From assembly GCA_963726745.1 (NCBI GenBank), contig CAVSDR010000005.1, forward strand, positions 64,001-128,000: a stretch of DNA of 64,000 nucleotides, in the 5' to 3' direction. Numbering within the stretch: position 1 is the first letter of the stretch; each line of letters starts with the position of its first letter. The notes below the pieces were generated by a model, which made no database searches, was not told the DNA's origin, and saw nothing but the letters and a program-made list of their open reading frames with translations. The translations under genes and the position numbers were made by a program. Below, piece by piece: positions 53,317 to 61,966 of the stretch. Source of the stretch: an uncultured Verrucomicrobiae bacterium. Lineage in GTDB: Bacteria > Verrucomicrobiota > Verrucomicrobiia > Chthoniobacterales > UBA10450.

Positions 53317-55027
53317 CTACATCCGCTCCGGGACTTCGATGCCTAACAAGTCGAGACCGCGCTGGAGAATGCGGGCGGTGAGGTGGCAGAGGGCGAGGCG
53401 GGTGCTGCGGGCGGGCTCGTCGGCCTTGAGGACCGGGCAGGCTTCGTAGAAGCCGTGGAAGTGGTTGGCTAATTCGAAAAGGTAATTAGCCAGCACATTG
53501 GGGCGGAAGTCGTTCAGGACCGTAGGGACGATCTCGGCGAATTGGCAGAGCTTCTTCGCGAGGACGATCTCCGCGGGCTCGGCTAACGAGAGGTTGTCGG
53601 CTATTTTTTCCGCGGCGCCGGCTTTGCGGAAGATCGACTGGATGCGGACGTAGGCGTTTTGCAGGTAGGGCGCGGTGTTCCCCTGGAAGGAGAGCATCCG
53701 GTCCCACGAGAAAACATAGTCGGTCATCCGATACTGCGAGAGGTCGGCATACTTGACCGCGCCCAGGCCGATGATGCGCGCCACCGCCTCGCGCTCCGCC
53801 GCGGGCAGCTCGGGATTTTTCTCGTCGACGATTTTTTGCGCGCGCGCCATCGCCTCGTCGAGCACGTCCTGCAGGGCGACGTTTTCGCCACTGCGGGTCT
53901 TCATCAATTTGCGGTCGTCGCCGAGGATGCTGCCGTGGGTGATGTGGCGGAAATCGGCGGTGAAACCTTCGCGCCGGGCGATCTCGAAGATCTGCCGGAA
54001 GTGCAACTGCTGGGGCGCGCCGGTCACGATCCAGATGGTGTCGCGCGCGAGATCGTGAATGCGGTAGTCGACCGTGGCGATGTCGGTGGTGGCGTAGTTA
54101 TAGCCGCCGTCGCGCTTCTGGATGATCGCCGGTTTGTCGGCGAGTTCCGGGATGTCGCGGAAGAAAACGCAGGTGGCGCCTTCGCTTTCCTCGGCCAGGC
54201 CAGCAGCCTTCAAACGCGCAACCACCCCGGCGAGGCGGTCGTTAAAGAAACTCTCGCCGCGCTGCATGTCGTAGCGGATCCCGAGGAGGCGATAAGCGCG
54301 GGCAAATTCGCCTAACGAGAGGTTCACGCACTCCTGCCAGATGGCAAAATTTTCCGGGTCGCCAGCCTGCAGCTTGACCAGCTCCGCCTTGCAGGCTTCG
54401 CGCACTGCGGGGTCGGCCGTGCCGCGTTCGTTCGTCTCCTTGTAGATGCGGACGAGCTCGGCAATCGGAGCACGGGCGAGCGCCTCGCGATCCAACAAGT
54501 TCTTCCAGCCCCAGACGACCATGCCGAACTGCGTGCCCCAGTCGCCGATGTGGTTGTCGCGGATGACGTCGTGCCCGAGGAACTCGGCGATGCGCGCAAG
54601 CGTGTCGCCCAGGACGATCGAGCGGATATGGCCGATGTGCATCGGCTTGGCCACGTTGGGCGAGCCGAAGTCGATCACGATCTTTTTCGGATGACTCGTT
54701 AGGGCAACGCCCAGGCGGTCGTCGCGGAGGAGGGCGCTGGCTTTCGCGGCCACGGCTTCGGGTTGGAGGGTAAAGTTAACGAAGCCGGCACCGGCGATGG
54801 TGGGCGGGCCGCAAAGGTCGGTCGACGGCCAGGCATCGACGATCTGCTGGGCGAGGGCGCGGGGGTTTTGCCCCAGCTTCTTCGCGAGCACGAGGGCGAC
54901 GTTGCTCTGGTAATCGCCGAAGCGCGGATCAGTCGCCGAGCGCGACCTCGGCGGCGTCGGTGGGAAGCCCAGCGGCGGTGAGGGTGCCGGCTAATTTTTG
55001 CGCGAGCTGCGCCTGAAAAGTTTCCAC
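53317..55027 (-). CDS. argS: Arginine--tRNA ligase (frameshift near 54940)
   Basis: FGDYQSN, AGAGFVN, SPNVAKPMHIGH, GDWGTQFG, KLMKTRSG, GNTAPYLQ, C-terminal PERM. GTG start at 55027. Confidence 0.95.
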
Positions 55028-55030
55028 CGC

Positions 55031-55495
55031 CTACTTCTGTGGGCGGTCGCGGAAGATCGCGAGGATTTCTTCGGACGACTTCGCCTGCGCGAGGCTCTCG
55101 CGGGTGGCGCGGTCGTTCAGGAACTTGGCGATCGAGGCGAGCGTGCGCAGGTGCGTCTGGAATTGATTCTTCGGGACGACGAAGAGGACGACAAATTTAA
55201 CCGGCGCATTGTCGAGCGCGTCGAACTCAATTCCGCGGGTGGAGCGGCCGAAGGAGGCGACGACCTGGTCGATCCGGTCGGACGAGGCGTGGGGAATGGC
55301 GATGCCGAAGCCGATCCCGGTGCTCATGGTTTCCTCGCGTTGCTTGAGCGAGGCGAGGATGCTCTCGCGGTCGTCGCCCTTGATTTTGTCGAGGCTAACG
55401 AGCAGATCGATCAGTTCGACGATGGCGGGCCAGCGTTCGGTGGCCTGCATCTCCGGAATGATCTGCTCGGCAGATAGTAGGCTCGCCAAAGACAT
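55031..55495 (-). CDS. PTS IIA domain protein (PtsN/fructose-type)
   Basis: REETMSTGIGFGIAIPHA, FDALDNAPV, HLRTLA. Confidence 0.88.
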   Translation of the reverse strand: MSLASLLSAEQIIPEMQATERWPAIVELIDLLVSLDKIKGDDRESILASLKQREETMSTGIGFGIAIPHASSDRIDQVVASFGRSTRGIEFDALDNAPVKFVVLFVVPKNQFQTHLRTLASIAKFLNDRATRESLAQAKSSEEILAIFRDRPQK

Positions 55496-55640
55496 GCTTT
55501 CCCGGGTTCGGGAGCGCCAACCTTAGCGGTCGCTCCCCGGATGACAAGTTTGCATTTGGCAGAGGAAACGGAGCGGGAAAATGCAGCCGCGCCGAGGCCG
55601 GTGGCGAAAGCGCGGAGGCTGCGATAACCTCTGGGCCCGA

Positions 55641-56909
55641 ATGCAGCGCGTCGCTTATTTTCTCTGTGGTTTGCTCCTGGCGGCGCCGCTCGCCGGCCGC
55701 GCCCAGACGCTCTACAGCGTGCGCGATCTCGGAACGCTGGGCGGCAGCACGAGCGCCGGGAATGCGCTCAACGCCGCCGGCCAGGTCGTCGGCAATGCGG
55801 CGATCGCGGAAGACACGGCCACGAATGGATTCCTCTCCGGCGCGAATGGGGCGCTCCCGTTGCAGAATCTCGGGACGCTCGGCGGACTGGAGAGCTTTGC
55901 GCAGGGGATCAACTCCAGCGGGCAGGTGGTGGGGAGCTCGATTCTCGCGGACGGGATTTCCTATCGCGCTTTTTGGCGGCCGGCGACTGGTGGGGCGCTG
56001 GTGAACCTGGGGACGCTGGGCGGCTCGCAAAGCTACGCCTACGGAGTGAACGGCGCGGGTGAAGTGGCTGGCTATTCTTTCCTGAGCGGCAACGGCGTAG
56101 CGCGGGCCTTCCTGAGCGCGCCGGGCGGCGGCGCGCTCCGGGCCCTGGGCACGCTGCCGGGCGGGACGAGCAGCTACGGGGTGGGAGTAAATGCGAGCGG
56201 GCAGGTGACGGGTTACTCGGGAACAACCAGCGGCTTCAATCATGCGTTCCTGAGCGAGGCAAGCGGCGGAGCTTTACGCGATCTCGGGACGCTCGGCGGG
56301 CGCTACAGTTTCGGGATGGCGGTGAACAACGCCGGCCAGGTGACCGGACGGTCGGAGCTGGCCTCGGTGGGCCAGCACGCTTTCCGGAGCGCGCCGGAGG
56401 GCGGGCCGCTGCTCGACTTGGGGACGCTGGGCGGCTTCTCGTCCTACGGGCTCGGGATCAATCGCGACGGCGCGGTCGTCGGTTATTCCTACTTGAGCGA
56501 CAACAGCACGACGCAGGCGTTTCTCTACACGACCGCGGAAGGGATGGTGAATTTAAACAGCCGTTTGGCGCCGGGGAGCGGCTGGGTCTTGCAGGAAGCG
56601 CGCGCGATCAACGACGCCGGGCAAATCACCGGCGTGGGAAAAATCGCGGGCGCCACGCGCGCCTTTTTGCTCACGCCCTTGATCGCGGAGCTGCGGATCA
56701 CCGCGATCACCCGGCTAACCAATGGCTGGATCGTGGTCGAAGGCCGGGGTGGCCCGAACCAAGTCTACGGCGTGGAAGCGGCGGCGCGGCCGCTGGGGCC
56801 GTGGACGCGGCGGGGAGATCTGCAGGCGAACGGCGAGGGCGTGTTGTTGTTCGAAGATCAGGCCGCGTCGGCGTTCGCGCAGCGGTTCTACCGACTCGTC
56901 TCACCATAA
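55641..56909 (+). CDS. Secreted HAF-repeat protein with Verrucomicrobia-type C-terminal domain
   Basis: Signal peptide, about 7 repeats of LGTLGG..S.A.G(I/V)N..GQV.G...(H/R)AF, C-terminus QRFYRLVSP. Confidence 0.85.
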   Translation: MQRVAYFLCGLLLAAPLAGRAQTLYSVRDLGTLGGSTSAGNALNAAGQVVGNAAIAEDTATNGFLSGANGALPLQNLGTLGGLESFAQGINSSGQVVGSSILADGISYRAFWRPATGGALVNLGTLGGSQSYAYGVNGAGEVAGYSFLSGNGVARAFLSAPGGGALRALGTLPGGTSSYGVGVNASGQVTGYSGTTSGFNHAFLSEASGGALRDLGTLGGRYSFGMAVNNAGQVTGRSELASVGQHAFRSAPEGGPLLDLGTLGGFSSYGLGINRDGAVVGYSYLSDNSTTQAFLYTTAEGMVNLNSRLAPGSGWVLQEARAINDAGQITGVGKIAGATRAFLLTPLIAELRITAITRLTNGWIVVEGRGGPNQVYGVEAAARPLGPWTRRGDLQANGEGVLLFEDQAASAFAQRFYRLVSP

Positions 56910-57090
56910 AAAAGATTACGCGACAGAAGAAATAAGATTGACGCCCGGCGGCCGTTTCTCTTTTCTCCCGCTCGGCGCTCGCTTGCTGAAGCCGCTGCCA
57001 AAGAGGCTTTTGGGCGCTCGCAGTCTTCGGATTTGCCGGTTGCAACAGGGCCTCTTGCCCTCGGATCTCAATCAATCGGACCAAATAAAA

Positions 57091-57786
57091 ATGCTTAAAA
57101 GAATCGTCGCAAACCTCATCGCGGTCACCGCGAGCCTGGCTCTGGCCGGGATCGTCTCAGCCCAAAATTTCACGGAAATCGGCGATGCCGGCCAAACTTT
57201 GGGCACCGCCCAGGCAACCGCGGCCAGCCCGGCGGTCGCAGGTATGCCTCTGGCCAGCATCACCGGATCACTCTTCTCGATCGGCGATGCGGACATCTTT
57301 GCCATCTACATCAACAGCCCGTCGACGTTCTCAGCGACCACGGTGAATGCGGTTACGACCACCGCCAACACCGACACGGCGCTGTTTCTTTTCGATTCCA
57401 CCGGCAAGGCGATCTACGCGAATGATGACGCCGCCGGCGGTCTCAGTGTTGGCTCCTCGCTCCCAGCGAACAATCCGCTCGGGCCGCAGGTCGTGGGCGT
57501 TTATTATCTCGCGATCAGCCTTTCGGGGAACGAGCCGGTGAATTTCGCGTCGCAGCTCATGTTCATGATGCCGACGACTTCCACCGACCTTCGCGGGCCA
57601 AATTCGCAGGCCACCGGCGGGCTCTTCGCCTTCGACGCGAATGGCGTCAACGCCACCGTGGGCGGGAATTACCGGATCGACCTCACCGGCGCGCAGACCT
57701 CGGCGGTGCCGGAACCGAGCACGGTCGCCCTGGCCGTCTTCGGCGCCCTCGGCTTGATCTCGCTGGTTAAAAAGCGCCGCGCCTAG
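57091..57786 (+). CDS. PEP-CTERM protein with PPC/DVUA0089-like domain (copy 1)
   Basis: Signal peptide, EIGDAGQTL, DTALFLFD...NDD, VPEPST followed by a TM segment and KKRRA. Confidence 0.85.
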   Translation: MLKRIVANLIAVTASLALAGIVSAQNFTEIGDAGQTLGTAQATAASPAVAGMPLASITGSLFSIGDADIFAIYINSPSTFSATTVNAVTTTANTDTALFLFDSTGKAIYANDDAAGGLSVGSSLPANNPLGPQVVGVYYLAISLSGNEPVNFASQLMFMMPTTSTDLRGPNSQATGGLFAFDANGVNATVGGNYRIDLTGAQTSAVPEPSTVALAVFGALGLISLVKKRRA

Positions 57787-57856
57787 ACCGGCTGGAATCA
57801 CCCTACTTATTTCGCGCCCGAACTTTCGTCGTCACTCACTCCGTCATCCAATAAAT

Positions 57857-60800
57857 ATGAAATTGAGCTCCCATCTGCGGCCTTTCCTCAAAGGCACCCT
57901 GTGCACTGCACTTGTCCTGGCTTCCGCAGCCAGCCTTCTCTACGCCAAGCCCGTCCCGTCGAATCTCGGTTACGGCCTGGATAAGCTGGTCGAAAGCAAA
58001 CTCGCCATCCAGCAGGCTGCAGCGCGCGGGCCTCGCGCCTTGGCCGCGGCCACGCGTTACAACGGCTACGCTACCGAAGAAGCGGCCAGCTACGCCGCAG
58101 AGGCGATCACCGAAGAATCCACCGGACGCGTCACGGTGGACATCACCCTGCGCGGGACGCGCAGCATGGACGACGTGACCGCGCAATTAGCCGCGCAGGT
58201 CCCTTCCTTTAGCGTCGTCGCCCGCGATGGCAGCTATCGCGGCGTCGGCATTATCGAGGCCTGGATCTCGGTCGAAGACGTCGCCACGGTGGCCAAGATG
58301 GAAGGCGTGCGCGCGGTCTTTCTCGCGCTCAAACCCCAGCTCGACAGCGTGATCGCGATCGATCCGCAATCCTACTCGCCCACGCGCATCGTGCCTGCGT
58401 TGCGCGAAGTGGCCCGCGCGACCAAGACGGTCGAGCCTTACGTCACGCCCGGCCAGGTCTTGAAGAAGATCGGCACCACCTTCGACCAAGGTGTCACCCA
58501 ACATCGGGTCGACAAAATCAACCAGCTCTATAACCCGAGCGCGCCGGTCAATTACGACGGCACTGGTATCTCCATCGGCGCGCTCTCCGATAGCTACAAT
58601 ACCCGCACGCTCGCACCGCATGCGGACACCGGGGTGGCGAACTTCGACCTCCCGGGCGCGGTCGGAAATCCGATCAACTCCCAGCCCGTCGTCGTCCTGA
58701 AGGACCAGGCCACGGCCGGGACCGACGAAGGTCGCGGTATGTTGGAAATCGTGCACAAGATGGCACCACGCGCCCGCCTGGCCTACGCCACCGGCGTGGA
58801 CGGCGAAGTCGCCTTTGCGAACTACGTGCGCGCCCTCGCCGGCTTGCCCGGTTTCACCTTCGATCCATCGATTCAGCAGGGCTTCAAGGCCGACGTGATC
58901 GTTGATGACATCAGCTACGGCGGGGAACCCTTTTACGGCGAAAGCATCATCGGCGGCGGCATCGACGACGTGGCCGCAGCCGGCGTCTCCTATTTCTCTT
59001 CCGCGGGCAACAACATCGGCACGAACGCCTATGAATCCTTCCTCCGGATCATCCCGGCAGACAGCAATGCGCTCGTGGGGACAAACATCAACCTCACCGG
59101 TGTGCCCACGAACCTCTACGCCGGCGGCTTCCATAACTTCAACCCGAACCCCGGCCAACAAGACATCGCCGCGCTTTGGAATATGCCAACCGGTTCGCCC
59201 GGCGCGACCGAGATGCAGTGGGACGATCCCTACGACATTCGCGACCCCATCTTGAACCAACCCGCAATCTACTCGAACAGCGGCACGATCGACAACACCA
59301 CCACGACGGTGAATTTCAACGACATCCCGGTCTTCAATCAAGGCGTCGGCTATGTGATCAACACCAAGGGCACCAGTGGCGACATCGATACGGTCGTGAT
59401 GTTGATCGACCCCGATGGAAACACAGTCGTGAACCAGGATACCGGCGTGGACGAAACGGTTTACTTCTACGCTCCCCGCAGCGGGCAATACCGGATCACG
59501 GTCGGCCGTTACTCTACCACAATCGGCAGCTTCACGATCACGATCAATACCACTCAGACCCCGGCGTCCGTCACGACCGACCTGAACCTGCTCGTCTTCC
59601 GCGCTGACACCGGGGCGTATCTCGGGACGAAGTCGCTTACGACCGACAACCTGGCGAACAACCGCCCAGTGGAACTTGGCAGCAGCAGCACGGTTAGCTC
59701 GCCTACGGGTCAAACCCAACTGCAGTTCGTGATCGCCCGGGCGAACAACCCCACCGCGCCGCAATTGCCCACCCGGGTGCGCATTTCCACCCGTGGAAAT
59801 GGCGCTGCGGGCATCGGACCGGCAGAGTATTTCTCCTATAACGCGACCACGACCAAAGGGCACGCCACTGCCAAGGGTGGCAATGGCGTCGCGGCTTACT
59901 CGCCCTTCCGCCCGAATGTGCCGGAAAGCTTCACCTCGCCCGGACCGGCCACGATCCTGTTCGACAAGAATGCCAACCGCCTCGCCGTACCGGACATCCG
60001 CCTGAATCCGACGGTGGCCGCAATCGACGCCGCGAACACGTCGTTCTTCGGCAGCGACACGAACCGGGACATCGATGTGAACCCGAACTTCTCCGGCACC
60101 AGTGCCGCGGCACCGCACGCAGCGGCGCTGGCTGGTCTGGTCTTGCAGGCGAAGGGCGGCTCGGGCTCGGTCACTCCCACGCAGATGCGCACCATGTTGC
60201 AGCGGAGCGCTTTCCCGCATGATCTCGATCCCTCTTATGCCTCAGGCACCGCGCGTGCGACCAATGGCGGCAAGATCACGATCACGATCAACAGTGACAA
60301 CAGCGCGAACGTAAACACCGGCCGGAACGACCCGAACTCGATCGCGGTCTCCTACGTGGGGCCGGGGTCGCTCGCGAGCCTGACCTTTAACCCGAGCGGC
60401 ACCGCGACCGACGGCGGCAACGTCACCGGGGGCAACAATGGCTACACCGATGACGCCGGGACCACCCCGCCGAACGGAACCATCACCTACTTCGCGAATT
60501 ACTTCCCGGGTCTGGTCTTCCTGCCGGCGACGAAGGGCTTCACTCTCGGCAACCTCACCGGGTTGACCGCGGGCGACATCACCGCTCCGACGAACGCTTC
60601 GCCTTACACCGGTTTCAGCAATCTCGCGCCGGCGCCGGCCAACGGCACCTCGCAGTTCTGGACCATGTCGCTCGGTTTCCCGACGGGGAATTTCACCGGC
60701 GGCAAAGTTCTGCGCTTCACCGTGGGTCGCGGCACCGCGCACGGCCCGCAGGTCTCGAATAGCACTGGGCCGACGGGCGGCAGTGTGCTCGACTTCCCGT

Positions 60801-60997
60801 TAGCCGATCTCTTTGGCGGCGGCGTCTTCATCCCGGAAGGCACGGTGGTGCAGGACGGCATGAAGTTTAGCGGCACGATCACCGGCGGCGGCGTCTTTGA
60901 AGGCAACATCCGCAACCGCATCGGCAGCGGCTACACCCCAGTCGACGGCTACGGAGTGATCAACATCGAGTCGGCCGTGAACCAGCCTCTGCCCTAA
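57857..60997 (+). CDS. Secreted subtilase (S8/S53-like) with PPC-like insert (copy 1)
   Basis: Signal peptide and prodomain, LSDS, DEGRGM, IVDD, SSAGN, FSGTSAAAPH, C-terminal GYGVIN. Confidence 0.85.
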   Translation: MKLSSHLRPFLKGTLCTALVLASAASLLYAKPVPSNLGYGLDKLVESKLAIQQAAARGPRALAAATRYNGYATEEAASYAAEAITEESTGRVTVDITLRGTRSMDDVTAQLAAQVPSFSVVARDGSYRGVGIIEAWISVEDVATVAKMEGVRAVFLALKPQLDSVIAIDPQSYSPTRIVPALREVARATKTVEPYVTPGQVLKKIGTTFDQGVTQHRVDKINQLYNPSAPVNYDGTGISIGALSDSYNTRTLAPHADTGVANFDLPGAVGNPINSQPVVVLKDQATAGTDEGRGMLEIVHKMAPRARLAYATGVDGEVAFANYVRALAGLPGFTFDPSIQQGFKADVIVDDISYGGEPFYGESIIGGGIDDVAAAGVSYFSSAGNNIGTNAYESFLRIIPADSNALVGTNINLTGVPTNLYAGGFHNFNPNPGQQDIAALWNMPTGSPGATEMQWDDPYDIRDPILNQPAIYSNSGTIDNTTTTVNFNDIPVFNQGVGYVINTKGTSGDIDTVVMLIDPDGNTVVNQDTGVDETVYFYAPRSGQYRITVGRYSTTIGSFTITINTTQTPASVTTDLNLLVFRADTGAYLGTKSLTTDNLANNRPVELGSSSTVSSPTGQTQLQFVIARANNPTAPQLPTRVRISTRGNGAAGIGPAEYFSYNATTTKGHATAKGGNGVAAYSPFRPNVPESFTSPGPATILFDKNANRLAVPDIRLNPTVAAIDAANTSFFGSDTNRDIDVNPNFSGTSAAAPHAAALAGLVLQAKGGSGSVTPTQMRTMLQRSAFPHDLDPSYASGTARATNGGKITITINSDNSANVNTGRNDPNSIAVSYVGPGSLASLTFNPSGTATDGGNVTGGNNGYTDDAGTTPPNGTITYFANYFPGLVFLPATKGFTLGNLTGLTAGDITAPTNASPYTGFSNLAPAPANGTSQFWTMSLGFPTGNFTGGKVLRFTVGRGTAHGPQVSNSTGPTGGSVLDFPLADLFGGGVFIPEGTVVQDGMKFSGTITGGGVFEGNIRNRIGSGYTPVDGYGVINIESAVNQPLP

Positions 60998-61021
60998 CGA
61001 GCGGAGCAACGAGCGATCTTG

Positions 61022-61060
61022 CGCGGCAGGCCGGGAAACTGGCCTGCCGCGTTTGTTTTT
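61022..61060 (+). terminator. Rho-independent terminator
   Basis: CGCGGCAGGCC-GGGAAACT-GGCCTGCCGCG followed by TTTGTTTTT. Confidence 0.8.
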
Positions 61061-61243
61061 AGACAGCAAGTTGTCGCCCGCGCGCACCCGCGGGAGAGGA
61101 CCGGCGCGACGCGAGGGAACTCGTTTCGAGAGGGCGCGAATAATGATTGACCGCCCCGATCTCAATCCGCAGGATCGCCGCTCTTCTGGCTCGCGCTGAG
61201 CCCTTTCCAACCCAACGATCCCACCCCGCCCGCATCCCCGTCT

Positions 61244-61945
61244 ATGGACTCACTCCGTTTCATCCGCCCGTTTCTTGGCCTCGCCAGCTGCCTGGCTCTC
61301 TCCGCCTCCGCGCTCCAGGCGCAGACCTACACTGAAACCGGCGACGCCGGTCAATCGCTCCCCAGCGCCCAGGCCACGGGCACGAGCAGCGGCAATCCCC
61401 TAACGACCATCTTCGGGACGCTGTCGAATGGCTCGGATGCCGACCTGTTCCTGATCATGATCACCTCGCCGACGATGTTCTCGGCCACGACGAACAATTC
61501 CCTGACGATCGCTTCGGGCCTGGATACGGCGCTCTTCCTTCTCAATAGTTCCGGCGCCGCGATCTACACGAATGACGACGCCAATGGCACCACGCTGCAA
61601 TCGACCTTGCCCGCTGGGAGCAGCTTCACCATGTCGCTCAGCCCGGGAATTTATTACCTCGGCATCAGCATTACCGGGAACGAGCCGGTTAACCTGAACA
61701 ACCAACTCCTGTTCGCCGGCTATCCCGGCGGCGATTCCACCGCCGTGCGCGGGCCGGCTGCCGGCATCAGCCCCCAGACGCTTTCCTCCTTCAACGGCGC
61801 GAATTCCTTTTCGCAATCCGGCGCCTATCGGATCGACCTGACCGCGACCGCCTCCGCCGTGCCGGAGCCCTCGGCCGTGGTCTTGAGCGTGGCCGGGATT
61901 CTCCTGCTCGCGGTCTTCCTGCGCCTGCGTCGTCAATCGGCCTAA
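61244..61945 (+). CDS. PEP-CTERM protein with PPC/DVUA0089-like domain (copy 2)
   Basis: Paralog of 57091..57786 (ETGDAGQSL, DTALFL..NDD, GNEPVN, YRIDLT), VPEPS followed by a TM segment and RLRRQ. Confidence 0.85.
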   Translation: MDSLRFIRPFLGLASCLALSASALQAQTYTETGDAGQSLPSAQATGTSSGNPLTTIFGTLSNGSDADLFLIMITSPTMFSATTNNSLTIASGLDTALFLLNSSGAAIYTNDDANGTTLQSTLPAGSSFTMSLSPGIYYLGISITGNEPVNLNNQLLFAGYPGGDSTAVRGPAAGISPQTLSSFNGANSFSQSGAYRIDLTATASAVPEPSAVVLSVAGILLLAVFLRLRRQSA

Positions 61946-61966
61946 GTCCCTCACCTCCTCACTCAC

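Larger units (their letters stand above)
1686..61406. repeat. Dispersed highly iterated motif G(C/G)CTAACGAGTC (core CTAACGA/TCGTTAG, about 40 copies)
   Basis: Counted by eye. Plus orientation near 3674, 6558, 15415, 16461, 17661, 19429, 24019, 24615, 25053, 25696, 27997, 28666, 30921, 37808, 38743, 39459, 43553, 48084, 53581, 54310, 55393, 60993, 61399. Minus orientation near 1686, 3251, 13631, 18796, 25505, 30094, 30317, 30695, 33759, 34645, 42212, 43445, 45807, 47351, 52992, 53229, 54693. Confidence 0.85.

Noticed and set aside
2941..55027. Frameshifts in prmC, ppk1, the nucleoside hydrolase, the kef genes, the BNR protein, GH15, GT4 and argS as pseudogenes or programmed frameshifts
   Set aside because: They hit essential or housekeeping genes, are isolated single-base indels without the in-frame stops or decay expected of pseudogenes, and show no common slippery motif. 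Long-read consensus error is most likely; read polishing would decide.
1686..61406. CTAACGA motif as CRISPR repeats, REP/MITE elements or Chi/KOPS sites
   Set aside because: Copies are only 7-12 bp, irregularly spaced and intragenic in frame, with no spacers, hairpins or target duplications. Both orientations occur at similar frequency (23 versus 17).
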